Shown here: positions 20,987-30,967 of the stretch, one piece after another | Layout of the letters: the number at the start of each line of letters is the position of its first letter | How positions within the stretch are numbered: position 1 is the first letter of the stretch | DNA from: an uncultured Spirochaetota bacterium | Lineage (GTDB): Bacteria > Spirochaetota > UBA4802 > UBA5550 | Direction of reading: 5' to 3' | Assembly: GCA_963827275.1 (NCBI GenBank) | Contig: CAWHAA010000001.1 | Span: 201,410-265,409 of the forward strand | DNA: 64,000 nucleotides | Program-made: the position numbers and the translations under genes | The notes under the pieces: model-generated | What the model saw: only the letters and a program-made list of their open reading frames with translations | Database searches by the model: none | Told to the model about the DNA's origin: nothing

Positions 20987-21889
20987 ATGAAAAATACCCC
21001 AATGAATTCAAAAAAAACCGATATCAATAAACGAAAGCTTATACAATCGATTGAGCGGGCCGCTGACATTCTTGAACTATTTATTAATGAAAAACGCTCA
21101 CTCGGAATTGCCGACATTGCCAGACTGCTTGACCTGCCCCGCCCGACGATCCAGGGGATCGTCAACACCCTTATGGCGAGGGGATACCTTGAGAAGGACA
21201 TGGTCAATGTACGCTACAGGCTGGGCCCCATGCTGTTCCAGCTGGGCATGAAATACGCGACAAACCTGGATCTTGTGAACATAGCGCGGGGATGGACGGA
21301 ACGGCTCTGTTTCCAGTTCAGTCAGGCGGTCAACATCGGCATGATCGTAGGCGACAGGGTGGTCGTGGTCCTCCGGATCGAGCCGGAAAACCGTTTCATG
21401 GTCTTTCCCCAGACAGGGTCGGTCATTCCATCCCATACGACATGCATAGGAAAAATTCTTTTCGCTTTTATGGAAAATGATTTCAGGGATGAGCTCCTTT
21501 CCGGCTACTCCTTTGAACCGCTCACGCCCAATTCCATCACAACGCGCAAAAAATTCGATAGCGAGCTGGCCGTTATCCGCCAGCAGGAAATAGCATTCGA
21601 TAACGAAGAAAATATTATCGGCCTTGCCGGCATCGGCGCCCCTATCCGCAACCACCTCGGGCAGGTCATTGCCGCGTTTGCGATCACCGGCAACGCCGAG
21701 ATCATCTATAAAAAGCGGGAAGAGATAATCATCTCCGTCCGGTACACCTCAAAGATGATATCGTCCCAGCTCGGATATACTGAAGATAATTCATGGGCGG
21801 CGAAGGCAACCTCCACACCAGTGATGCCGATAGCGTCGCCCTTCAGGCATGCAAAAAATTCATTTGCGCCGCAATCCAGCGCCATGTAA
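20987..21889 (+). CDS. IclR family transcriptional regulator with an anomalous C-terminal tail
   Basis: IQSIERAADIL, YRLGP, HTTCIGKIL, DNEE..IGLAGIGAPI, ISSQLGY. Confidence 0.93.
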   Translation: MKNTPMNSKKTDINKRKLIQSIERAADILELFINEKRSLGIADIARLLDLPRPTIQGIVNTLMARGYLEKDMVNVRYRLGPMLFQLGMKYATNLDLVNIARGWTERLCFQFSQAVNIGMIVGDRVVVVLRIEPENRFMVFPQTGSVIPSHTTCIGKILFAFMENDFRDELLSGYSFEPLTPNSITTRKKFDSELAVIRQQEIAFDNEENIIGLAGIGAPIRNHLGQVIAAFAITGNAEIIYKKREEIIISVRYTSKMISSQLGYTEDNSWAAKATSTPVMPIASPFRHAKNSFAPQSSAM

Positions 21890-22083
21890 TGCATAATGCC
21901 TCGCTGTTGGATAACGTTTCAGAGTATTATACGCAGGCGCCGACAAACTACTATTCCTGGGTATTGCACAAACACGCCCTGAATAATAAAATATACGGCT
22001 TTTGTTATGATGATGTGTACGATCAAAGCGCTTCACTTTATAGCGCCACTCCGCGGGGCATTATCGTAACTCTTGGACGATGA
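21793..22083 (+). pseudogene. C-terminal remnant of a GH64 beta-1,3-glucanase
   Basis: ICAAIQRHV...YYTQAPTNYYSWVLHKHALNNKIYGFCYDDVYDQS resembles the GH64 C-terminus (CAALNRH...PANYY...YGFPYDDV); upstream part absent. Confidence 0.75.
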
Positions 22084-22122
22084 CATGGTTTGACGCGGTG
22101 TTTTAATAGGTGATGGCACATT

Positions 22123-22152
22123 CTCCCTCTGCTCCCGTGGGGGGAGGGGGAG
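22123..22152. terminator. GC-rich hairpin (terminator or REP-like)
   Basis: CTCCCTCTGCTCCC...GGGAGGGGGAG imperfect stem after the GH64 remnant. Confidence 0.35.
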
Positions 22153-22200
22153 TTGTCTCATTTCCGCAGCACGAAACATCCCGTTGTTTATCTGATAGGA

Positions 22201-22326
22201 TTATTATCTAAGAAATTACGTCCTCTCCGGTAAGGGCCCACGTGACACAATGCGTTTCATGTGAAGCCGTCCCCCTCTCAGATGAAGCGCCCTCTGTCAC
22301 AAAAAACGCCGGATAGGGAGCTTGAA
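22201..22326 (-). repeat. Direct repeat copy 1 (about 125 bp), probable IS91-family 3' end
   Basis: TTATTATCTAAGAAATTACGTCCTCTCCGG..AAGGGCCCACGTG..CACAATGCGT matches 23345-23469. Confidence 0.85.
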
Positions 22327-22338
22327 CTATAGCGGGTT

Positions 22339-23289
22339 TTATCCCGAGGGTCCCGAACCTCCTTCCCCTGTACCGGGAAAATCGATTCTATATAACACGC
22401 CGGCGGTAATACCATAAAAGTGATCATATAACACAGAGAGCGGAGTTTCCCCGTTTATCTCGAACGGATCGCTCTGCAGCATCTTGAGCATCTGGTACCT
22501 GAAACCGATGGTTATCGTTGTATTGATCGCCGATATGAAATAGGCCAGGTTCAAGGTGGAGTTCAAGCCTATTCTGTAATACACAAAGGATTCATTCTCG
22601 GGATAAAGGACGCCCGTTCCATTAGTGTATAGTAACAGGTGCCACTGTCTGACATCCGGCATCATGACATTGAATAGTACCGATGCCTTTATTATCATAA
22701 AGAAGACATGAGGCACCAGCGGTATGGCAACCCCGAACCCCAGGGCTGGCGCGTATTCATTAATAATTCTTTTTCTTCTGTCATACATGAAAGCAGAAGT
22801 ATACGTGAGATAAAACCAGTCCTTATAGTCGATATGGGTATACTTGAAGCCGAGGAAGATTGAGAAAAACCGGTTGATAGAATAGAGTATTGTCGTGTCG
22901 CTGTCGATACGTTTTGTCGAGGAGCTGTTGCGATATATATCAAAAGGCAGGTACGTGGGACCGAAAGCGGGGGTCGTGTAGGAATAGGTTTTCCTTTTGG
23001 ATGAGAATTCACCATACAGAACAGAAGTTGACAGACTGACGTTCTTTGGAAGATAGAACTGCAATGCGGGGCCGGAGATAAAGCCCGGTTTGATGGTGAA
23101 CGTGTCCTTAAAAATCAGCTGGGATTTTTTGACCTCCCAGTAGGGTTTCCACCAGACAAACCATGTCGAACCGGCGATGCCCATACCCGCGGAACCGGCA
23201 GCGCGGGGGATGAGCAGTATGAAGAAAAAAACGATAGCGCCAATGAATCTGATCATTATTTTTCTTTTTAATATAGCACCCATCGGCAT
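22339..23289 (-). CDS. Putative outer-membrane beta-barrel protein
   Basis: Signal peptide (KRK + hydrophobic run), alternating aromatic/hydrophobic strands, terminal VLYRIDF strand; start uncertain (23256, 23289 or 23319). Confidence 0.7.
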   Translation of the reverse strand: MPMGAILKRKIMIRFIGAIVFFFILLIPRAAGSAGMGIAGSTWFVWWKPYWEVKKSQLIFKDTFTIKPGFISGPALQFYLPKNVSLSTSVLYGEFSSKRKTYSYTTPAFGPTYLPFDIYRNSSSTKRIDSDTTILYSINRFFSIFLGFKYTHIDYKDWFYLTYTSAFMYDRRKRIINEYAPALGFGVAIPLVPHVFFMIIKASVLFNVMMPDVRQWHLLLYTNGTGVLYPENESFVYYRIGLNSTLNLAYFISAINTTITIGFRYQMLKMLQSDPFEINGETPLSVLYDHFYGITAGVLYRIDFPGTGEGGSGPSG

Positions 23290-23344
23290 ACCAGCACCCC
23301 CTTCCATGCACATGCTCATACAGTTTCAGCGTTCTGTCCAGCGT

Positions 23345-23469
23345 TTATTATCTAAGAAATTACGTCCTCTCCGGCAAGGGCCCACGTGGCACAATGCGTA
23401 TTATGTGAACCAGCCATCTCTCAGATAAGGCCCATTCTAAAAACAAAATGCGCTGGACAGGTGCTTAAA
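23345..23469 (-). repeat. Direct repeat copy 2, adjacent to the IS91 transposase remnant
   Basis: First 55 bp nearly identical to copy 1, then diverging. Confidence 0.85.
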
Positions 23470-23475
23470 ATTCTT

Positions 23476-23495
23476 GTCCTGAGCCTGTCGAAGGA
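23476..23495. repeat. Short interspersed REP-like motif GTCCTGAGCCTGTCGAAGGA
   Basis: Single copy here; recognised from memory as a common interspersed repeat in environmental genomes. Confidence 0.4.
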
Positions 23496-23514
23496 TCGTG
23501 TGCGCCGAAATCTT

Positions 23515-23791
23515 TCACGTTATCTGGTCCGGCTTGTGTTTAATGCCCTGCGCGTATATCCCATAGTATCGTATCGCTTTTTCCCGGCATTCATGCCTCA
23601 GCTATTTTGGGAAGATAAAAGAGGATTCTCGCCATGAAATCGTAAATGTCCAGGGTCATTTCGGAGTAGATCTTTTCTTTCGTGTTACGGTCAACCCAGC
23701 TCTTGTATCTGAACGTCAGTTTCGCTTTACCATGGTCTATGCCCGTTATCATGCTGTTGTGGAAGTATCCGGCGACGAGGTATTCGGCGGT
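23515..23791 (-). mobile_element. IS91-family (Y2) transposase C-terminal remnant
   Basis: Manual translation: AEYLVAGYFHNSMITGIDHGKAKLTFRYKSWVDRNTKEKIYSEMTLDIYDFMARILFYLP, then after a stop and shift KAIRYYGIYA; fits the F.YK...MTL...F..R.L..LP...IRYYG pattern. Confidence 0.78.
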
Positions 23792-24042
23792 GCAAAATAA
23801 TACTTCGTTATTTGTGCCGATAATGGGCTATAAATGAACATGAAAGCCATTTATATATTTTTACAGGGCAAGTGCCTATATCAATAGAAGAAAAACCGGC
23901 CAAAAATAATTATTAATTCGACGGCATCATAAAATACTTGCATTCAGCGACACATGTAATTATTAATACCCCTGTTTTTCATTCTAACCGGCTTCATTCC
24001 GTACAATCTACAGGGGCAATTTCAGCGAAAAAGGACAAACCC

Positions 24043-26061
24043 ATGCCTGTTACTACCGACGACCTCAAGCTCATTGCAACGACCATCCGCACCCTCTCAA
24101 TGGACGCGGTGCAAAAAGCAAATTCCGGCCATCCCGGCATGCCAATGGGGTGCGCCGACATCGCCGCGGTGCTCTGGGGGAAAATACTCGTGCATGACCC
24201 GTCAGACCCCGGGTGGGCAAACCGCGACCGGTTCGTCCTTTCACCAGGTCACGGCTCCATGCTTCTCTATTCAGCCCTGCACCTGAGCGGATACGACCTG
24301 ACCCTGGACGACCTCAGGAGCTTCCGCCAGCTCCACAGCAAGACCCCGGGCCACCCGGAGCACACGGTCACGAAGGGCGTGGAGACCACCACCGGGCCGC
24401 TGGGCCAGGGCTTCGCGAACGGCATCGGCATGGCGGTCGCGCGCGAGCTTCTTGCATCGGAATTCAATACTTCCGGGAGCGCCCTCATCAACCACTACGT
24501 ATACGCAATCGTAAGCGACGGCGACCTCATGGAGGGGATATCCTCCGAAGCGGCGTCGCTTGCCGGCCACTGGGGCCTGGGCCGGCTCATCTACCTCTAC
24601 GACTCCAACGACATCACCATCGAGGGATCAACGGACCTGGCGTTCTCGGAGGACGTTGCCAAGCGCTTCGCCGCCTACGGCTGGCACGTGCAGAAGATAG
24701 ACGGGCACGATTACGCGCAGATCGAAAAAGCGATAAAGAAGGCGCAGAAAAACACGGACCGGCCTTCAATCATTATCGCCAAGACGAGGATCGCCAAAGG
24801 AAGCCCCAAGCTCGAGGGGTCGGAAGAATCCCATGGCGCGCCCCTCGGTCCCGACGAGGTCGCCGCATCGAAAAAGAACATCGGCTGTTCTCCGGACGCG
24901 GCCTTCTGCGTGCCGGAGCGCGTGTACGAGATTTTCAACGAGAGGAAGAAAAAACTGAAACGGGCCCGCAACAAGTGGAAAAAGCTCTTCAAGGCCTCGG
25001 TCCAGGGCGAGACCCTGGCGCGGTGGAACCATTTTTTCGGCAGTCCGGACATCAACGAGCTGAGGAAAAAGCTTCCGGTCTTCGACCCCGCGAAAGCGGT
25101 TGCGACACGGTCGGCGAGCGGAAAGATACTCGAGTCCCTGTTCAAAGAGCTCCCCAACCTTGCGGGAGGGTCCGCTGACCTGGGCCCCAGCAACAAGTCG
25201 TTCGTCAAGGGCTTCAGCGAGTCAGGAAAGGGCGCGATCGGCAGGAACATTCACTTCGGCATCCGTGAGCACGCAATGGGCGCCATCCAGAACGGGATGG
25301 CCTACTACGGCGGCATCATCCCCTTCTCCGCGACCTTCCTGGCCTTTCTCGATTACATGCGGCCGCCGGTACGGCTGGCGGCCCTGGGGCAGCTGCGCAC
25401 GGTCTATGTCTTCACCCACGATTCGCTCTTCGTCGGGGAGGACGGCCCCACGCACCAGCCGGTTGAACATGTCGCCTCGGCGCGGGCCATCCCGAACCTG
25501 AACGTGATCCGCCCGGCGGACGCGGAAGAAACAAAGGAGGCCTGGCTCTCAGCCGTTTCCAGGAAGAAGGGCCCCACCATGCTTTCGCTCACCCGCCAGG
25601 ACCTCCCGATACTCTCACGCGGGGCAGGAAATGGCGCGGAGGGGCTCCACCGCGGGGCCTATATCGTGAAAGAAACAGAGGGAAAACCGGACATCGTAAT
25701 CATCGCGTCGGGCTCCGAGGTGCACATTGCGGTCGCCGCGGCCGAAGAATTATCGGGCAAGGACATCCGGGCGCGCGTCGTCTCCTTCCCCTGCTGGGAG
25801 CTCTTCGATGAGCAGACCGCGAAGTACCGGGCGGAGGTACTGCCGCACGGCATACCGAAATGCGTGGTGGAAGCCGGCATCCGCATGGGCTGGGATCAAT
25901 ACGCAGGCCCCCACGCGCTCTACATCACCATGGAACAGTTCGGCGCATCCGGACCGGCAAAGGCCCTTGCGGAGCATTTCGGCTTCACGAAAGACAATAT
26001 CGTGAAGAGGGTCGTCGAATTCCTTGGGAAACAGGGGGAAAAACATCATGGCAACAATTGA
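24043..26061 (+). CDS. tkt: Transketolase
   Basis: [53 protein letters not shown]. Confidence 0.97.
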   Translation: MPVTTDDLKLIATTIRTLSMDAVQKANSGHPGMPMGCADIAAVLWGKILVHDPSDPGWANRDRFVLSPGHGSMLLYSALHLSGYDLTLDDLRSFRQLHSKTPGHPEHTVTKGVETTTGPLGQGFANGIGMAVARELLASEFNTSGSALINHYVYAIVSDGDLMEGISSEAASLAGHWGLGRLIYLYDSNDITIEGSTDLAFSEDVAKRFAAYGWHVQKIDGHDYAQIEKAIKKAQKNTDRPSIIIAKTRIAKGSPKLEGSEESHGAPLGPDEVAASKKNIGCSPDAAFCVPERVYEIFNERKKKLKRARNKWKKLFKASVQGETLARWNHFFGSPDINELRKKLPVFDPAKAVATRSASGKILESLFKELPNLAGGSADLGPSNKSFVKGFSESGKGAIGRNIHFGIREHAMGAIQNGMAYYGGIIPFSATFLAFLDYMRPPVRLAALGQLRTVYVFTHDSLFVGEDGPTHQPVEHVASARAIPNLNVIRPADAEETKEAWLSAVSRKKGPTMLSLTRQDLPILSRGAGNGAEGLHRGAYIVKETEGKPDIVIIASGSEVHIAVAAAEELSGKDIRARVVSFPCWELFDEQTAKYRAEVLPHGIPKCVVEAGIRMGWDQYAGPHALYITMEQFGASGPAKALAEHFGFTKDNIVKRVVEFLGKQGEKHHGNN

Positions 26062-26257
26062 GCTTACAACTCCCGACATGAGCTGCAACCACTGCAAGAT
26101 GACTATCGAGAAAGCGGTGAAAGGCCTGCCGGGAATCAAGCAGGTAAACGCCGACCCGGGAACGAAAAAAGTGACCGTTGAGTTTGACGAAGCCTCGGTC
26201 ACCATCGAAAAGATTACAAGCACAATTGAGAACGCCGGCTACAACGTTGAACGCTGA
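26048..26257 (+). CDS. copZ: Heavy-metal (copper) chaperone, HMA domain
   Basis: DMSCNHC motif, IENAGY terminus, 69 aa. Confidence 0.88.
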   Translation: MATIELTTPDMSCNHCKMTIEKAVKGLPGIKQVNADPGTKKVTVEFDEASVTIEKITSTIENAGYNVER

Positions 26258-26262
26258 TTGAC

Positions 26263-27636
26263 TTACGGGCAGGCGGGAAGACCGCCAGACAGCGCGCCCG
26301 CTATTGTCGCGGAAGACCGGTATGCGGCGCCGCCCCAATCATTATACGCAAAAGCCCGCGCAACCGCTTCAGCGCCGGAAACGACCGTAAGCGCAGCCAG
26401 GTCTATCAGAAATACCCTGGCGTCGACAATATCATGGAGCCGTTCCGCCGCCCACCCTGTCGCCCTGCCGTGAGCGCAGGTGTAATCGCGGATGTACATG
26501 ATAAAATCATTCATGGCATTAACGTCATAACCGAGCACAACCGGCTGATCCGCCGCCGCCAGTCGATTGATGATAAAGGCCGCGGCCATCGTTTTTCCCA
26601 TCCCGTAGAGAAAAGCGGCAGGAGGAACCCCGTCAAACTGATATTCCCGAAGCTCTCCATGCCCCCAGCTGTACGGCCGGTCATTCAGATCAACGGGAAC
26701 ATCCTGGTAGAACCAGACCGGCTTGACCTTTTCTGACGAGCTGGCTACCAGATACTGTGATTGCGTGACCGGAACCAGGGTGTCCCATTCGTCATGGATA
26801 ACAAGAAACGGCGTTGAAAGCTTCGCAATTAACGCATCAGCGGTCCAGGATTCCCAGCCCGCCGTGTTATGCATACGCAGCAAATATTCATCGAAAAAAT
26901 CTATATAATAATTTCTTTTATCTGGGTCTGTCACCTCACCGGGAACATAGGTATTGAAATACTCCTCCTGCACAACGAAGTCGCTCGGCGGATAAAATGC
27001 AACGCCTGCAGCGGGGACCGCCCCCGCCGGGGCGTTTGCCGCCCCGTACAGCGCCTCAAACCCGCCCCAGGAGGCCCCCCATATGCCGATGTTACCGCTA
27101 TCGACCAGTCCTGAATCCATTAAAAAACGAAGACCCGCGACCATGTCATCGACATCGTTCTGCAGATTACCTCCGGTGTAAAACCTTCCAAACACATGGA
27201 GCACGCCGAAGCCGTTGATCAAAAAAATATTCGCGTCTTCAAGGTACCGCTCGTATGGGCACACTGCCACATACGAAGGAGGATCATCTCCGTTCCACCG
27301 GATACCGTCATAGGGGTTGGTCATGAGGACCGCCGGCTTAATACCGCCATCCCTGGGCGGGATCCACATTGCAAATGACGCTTCCGCCGGCGCATACTCG
27401 ATCCTGAGCATATACGTGGAGTACCATTCCCCGTCATGCCTCACCGATACGCTTGTCACGACTGTCGTCCCGGCGGGAGTAATAATATCAGGGCATGGCG
27501 GCGGCAGAAGCAGAAACGCCATAAGAGCGGTCAGACCATTTGAATTTTGATCTTCCCCGTCACAACCCGCCATTAATAGCGCGGCCGAGATTAATACTAT
27601 GAGCAATGAATTTTTGATTTTTGACATTGATTTCAT
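26263..27636 (-). CDS. Lipoprotein alpha/beta hydrolase (S9/S15-like)
   Basis: Lipobox MAGC; GIWGASWGG nucleophile elbow; HDEWDTLVP; WGHG. Confidence 0.8.
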   Translation of the reverse strand: MKSMSKIKNSLLIVLISAALLMAGCDGEDQNSNGLTALMAFLLLPPPCPDIITPAGTTVVTSVSVRHDGEWYSTYMLRIEYAPAEASFAMWIPPRDGGIKPAVLMTNPYDGIRWNGDDPPSYVAVCPYERYLEDANIFLINGFGVLHVFGRFYTGGNLQNDVDDMVAGLRFLMDSGLVDSGNIGIWGASWGGFEALYGAANAPAGAVPAAGVAFYPPSDFVVQEEYFNTYVPGEVTDPDKRNYYIDFFDEYLLRMHNTAGWESWTADALIAKLSTPFLVIHDEWDTLVPVTQSQYLVASSSEKVKPVWFYQDVPVDLNDRPYSWGHGELREYQFDGVPPAAFLYGMGKTMAAAFIINRLAAADQPVVLGYDVNAMNDFIMYIRDYTCAHGRATGWAAERLHDIVDARVFLIDLAALTVVSGAEAVARAFAYNDWGGAAYRSSATIAGALSGGLPACP

Positions 27637-27783
27637 TCTCGCATAAACCAAAATAATATAGTTAATATGTTTACCTTTTTCAAGAAGAAGATGCATATTA
27701 ATTATTTTATTTAAAATTATTTTCACATTTACACCGCCCGTTCGTTTAGCTTTCGAGAGATCAAATTCAGCAGGGGCAAAAGA

Positions 27784-28224
27784 ATGGAAACCACACTTTA
27801 TATTCAAGACGATATCTTAAAAAAAATCACCATGGCTGCACATGCCGGCAACATGTCACGCTCTGAATTAATAGTAGTATTGTTCAAAAAAGCAATGGAT
27901 GATGTTTCGCGGCCATCACGCTTTGGCGGCATGGTACAATACCAGCAGAGAAACAACAGGGAAAAACGGAAAGTATTTCATCTGGTATTGAGAGAAGATG
28001 ATTATGAATATCTGTTGGATTTGAGAAAATTGCTTAAGATGTCGGTTTCGCTGATTCTTGCTATTGTCGTAAATAAATTCATAGGGAAACCGGCAAAAAT
28101 AATTATTACCGATAACAATCGGTATAAAAACTATGTAATAATAAAAGAAATGGTTGGCGGTATAATTTGCTGGCGATTCTTCTGGGGATACCCACCCAAC
28201 ATTGAAACATACATCCAATCCTGA
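27784..28224 (+). CDS. Putative ribbon-helix-helix DNA-binding protein (DUF1564-like)
   Basis: Two RHH-like segments: METTLYI...MSRSELI and FHLVLREDDYEYLLDLRKLLKMSVSLILA; AT-rich. Confidence 0.65.
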   Translation: METTLYIQDDILKKITMAAHAGNMSRSELIVVLFKKAMDDVSRPSRFGGMVQYQQRNNREKRKVFHLVLREDDYEYLLDLRKLLKMSVSLILAIVVNKFIGKPAKIIITDNNRYKNYVIIKEMVGGIICWRFFWGYPPNIETYIQS

Positions 28225-28231
28225 AAAACCA

Positions 28232-30967
28232 TCAATGCGCCTCTTCCCAGTTCTTCCCCATGCCGACGTCCACCTTCACCGGCACCACGAGCTCGAGCGC
28301 GTGCTCCATTTTATCCACAACGATCTTCTTCACGGCGTCCATCTCGTCTTCCGGCGCCTCGAACACCAGCTCGTCATGCACCTGCATGATCATCTGCGCC
28401 CGCAGTTTTTTCTTTTTAAACTCTTCACTGATGCTGATCATCGCGATCTTGATCATGTCTGCCGAGGTTCCCTGGATCGGGGTGTTGATGGCAATGCGCT
28501 CGGCCCCCTCGCGGCGGAAGGACGTATCGGAATCTATCTCCTCTATCGCGCGCTTCCTGCCGAGCATCGTCTTCACGTAGCCGTTCTTACGGGCGAATTC
28601 GATGGTCTCGTCGATAAACCTCTTGAACCCGGGGTATGTCTGAAAATAAATCCGGATGAACTCGGCCGCCTCCCTGACCCCGATCTCCGCCTGCTGCGAG
28701 AGGCCGAAGGGGGACACGCCGTAGATGGTGGCAAAATTTATGATCTTCGCCTGGCGCCGCATGTCCGGCGCCACCTGGTCAAGGGGCACGCCGAATACGG
28801 AAGCGGCGGTCATGGCGTGGATGTCGATCCCTTCCTTGAAAGCGCGTATCATGTTCTCGTCCCCCGACAGGTGCGCCGCGACCCTGAGCTCAATCTGCGA
28901 ATAGTCCGCCGAGAGGAGGAGACGCCCCTTCTCCGGCACAAACCCGCGCCGTATCTCCCTGCCCAGTTCGTCGCGTACCGGGATATTCTGAAGGTTCGGA
29001 TCGGACGACGAGAGCCTCCCGGTCGCGACCACGGTCTGGTTGTACGAGGTGTGGATCCTCCCCGTTTTCGGCGATATCAGCTTCGGCAGGGTGTCGATGT
29101 AGGTGTTCTTGAGCTTCGAAAGCGTGCGGTACGATATCAGGCTGTCGATGATCGGGTGGGTCCCCTGCAGTGACTCGAGCACCCTGATGTCGGTGGAGAG
29201 CCCCGTCTTCGTCTTCCGCTGCGGTTTGAGGCGCAGCTCGTCGAAAAGCACCTGTGACAGCTCGCGCGTGGAATTAATATTGAACTGCCTGCCGGCGGCG
29301 GCGTATATCTTCCCCTCCGCCTCGCCGAGCATCTCCCGGTTGCGGGCTTCGAGCCTCTTGAAGTGGCCGGTGTCGATCTTCACCCCCGCGCGCTCCATCT
29401 CCACCAGCACGCGTACCAGGGGCATCTCGATGTCATGGAAAAGCCCGGCAAGCCCCTCTTCCTCTATCTTCTTGCGGAAGATACCGTACAGCCGCCAGGT
29501 GATGTCCGCATCCTCGATGGCATACTCTGAAATTTTATCGAGCGGGACCTCTTCGACAGGGATGGCGTTCTTGCCGGTACCCACGAGCTCCTTGAAGGTG
29601 ATGGTGGTGTAGTTCAGGTGCTTTTCCGCAAGGTCATCCATGTTGTGGCGCCGCTCGTTCGGCGCGAGGAGGTAGGACGCGACCATGGTGTCGAACGCTA
29701 CGCCCGCGAGCTCGATGCCGTAATTCATGAGCACGATAATATCATACTTGATGTTCTGCCCGATCTTCCTGACCGACGGGTCCGTGAGGAGCGGCTTCAG
29801 GAGCGAGAGGGACCGCTCCGGGTCAATATACTCTTCGCTGAACATGCCGCGCGAAAGGAGCGGAAGGTACCACCCTTCCCTCTCTTTGATGGAAAACGAC
29901 ATCCCCACCAGCTCCGCCTCAACGGGCGAGAGCGATGTCGTCTCCGTGTCAAACGAGATCTCGCCGGACTTGCGCAGAAGGCCGATCATCTCAACGAGAT
30001 CATCTTCCGACCGTATAATCCGGTAGCGCGTCGTCTCCTTATCCCGGTCGTGTACTTCTCCCTTTTCGGCCGTTACCGCCGCCGCCGCGTGGCCCGGCTC
30101 AGCGGCGAAGAAATCCTTTATTATTGATGACATCTCCAGCTTCCGGAAATAGGGGGCCGCGGTCCCGGGATCGATACCCCTGTATGCGAACTCATCGATG
30201 TCGTGTTTGATGGGCAGGTCGGTCCGCACGGTGACAAGGTCGCGGCTCAGGAAGGCCATCTCTTTTTCACGGAGCAGCGTCTCCTTCTGCTTGCCCGTCA
30301 CCTCGTCGATGCGCGCGTACAGGCCGTCGAGGCTCCCGTAGGTCGCGATCAGCTTCTGCGCGGTCTTCTCGCCGATCCCCTTCACGCCGGGAACATTGTC
30401 CGACGCGTCGCCGGTCAGGGCCATGTAGTCTATCACCTGGTCGGGCCGCACGCCGAGCATTGCCTCCACTTCCTTCGGGCCGTACACCTCGTATTCGGAG
30501 ATCCCCTTCTTGTTGGCGTAAATCCTGACATTGCCGCCCACGAGCTGGTAGGCGTCCTTATCGCCGGTGACCAGCATCACCTCAACGTCCTTCGACGCGT
30601 ATCTCTTCGCGATGGTGCCCAGCACGTCGTCCGCTTCGTAATCCGCCTCCTCGATCCTGGTGATCCCGAGCGCCGCGACCATCTGCTTGATCTCCTCTAT
30701 CTGGGACCGGAGATCATCGGGCATCTTCTGCCGGTTTGCCTTGTACTCCGGGTACATCTGGAAGCGGAACGATTTTTTCGGCGGGTCGAAGGCCACCGCA
30801 AGGTAGTCGGGCTTCTGGTCGGCAATGAGCCGGAGGAGCATCCTCGCGAAACCGAAGATAGCGGAGGTATTCTGCCCGTCGCTGTTCAAAAGCGGGGAGC
30901 GGATGAAGGCATAGTAGGCCCGGTAGCAGAGGGCGTGGCCGTCGATTATGAAAAGCCGTTTTTTCAT
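28232..30967 (-). CDS. polA: DNA polymerase I
   Basis: IDGHALCYRAYYA, EADDVLGT, FDTETT, TGRLSSSDPNLQNIP, ADYSQIELR, QVHDELVFE. Confidence 0.98.
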   Translation of the reverse strand: MKKRLFIIDGHALCYRAYYAFIRSPLLNSDGQNTSAIFGFARMLLRLIADQKPDYLAVAFDPPKKSFRFQMYPEYKANRQKMPDDLRSQIEEIKQMVAALGITRIEEADYEADDVLGTIAKRYASKDVEVMLVTGDKDAYQLVGGNVRIYANKKGISEYEVYGPKEVEAMLGVRPDQVIDYMALTGDASDNVPGVKGIGEKTAQKLIATYGSLDGLYARIDEVTGKQKETLLREKEMAFLSRDLVTVRTDLPIKHDIDEFAYRGIDPGTAAPYFRKLEMSSIIKDFFAAEPGHAAAAVTAEKGEVHDRDKETTRYRIIRSEDDLVEMIGLLRKSGEISFDTETTSLSPVEAELVGMSFSIKEREGWYLPLLSRGMFSEEYIDPERSLSLLKPLLTDPSVRKIGQNIKYDIIVLMNYGIELAGVAFDTMVASYLLAPNERRHNMDDLAEKHLNYTTITFKELVGTGKNAIPVEEVPLDKISEYAIEDADITWRLYGIFRKKIEEEGLAGLFHDIEMPLVRVLVEMERAGVKIDTGHFKRLEARNREMLGEAEGKIYAAAGRQFNINSTRELSQVLFDELRLKPQRKTKTGLSTDIRVLESLQGTHPIIDSLISYRTLSKLKNTYIDTLPKLISPKTGRIHTSYNQTVVATGRLSSSDPNLQNIPVRDELGREIRRGFVPEKGRLLLSADYSQIELRVAAHLSGDENMIRAFKEGIDIHAMTAASVFGVPLDQVAPDMRRQAKIINFATIYGVSPFGLSQQAEIGVREAAEFIRIYFQTYPGFKRFIDETIEFARKNGYVKTMLGRKRAIEEIDSDTSFRREGAERIAINTPIQGTSADMIKIAMISISEEFKKKKLRAQMIMQVHDELVFEAPEDEMDAVKKIVVDKMEHALELVVPVKVDVGMGKNWEEAH

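Noticed and set aside
22201..23469. Direct repeat pair as a DGR template/variable repeat
   Set aside because: Mismatches are not adenine-specific, neither copy lies in a target gene 3' end, and there is no reverse transcriptase in the window
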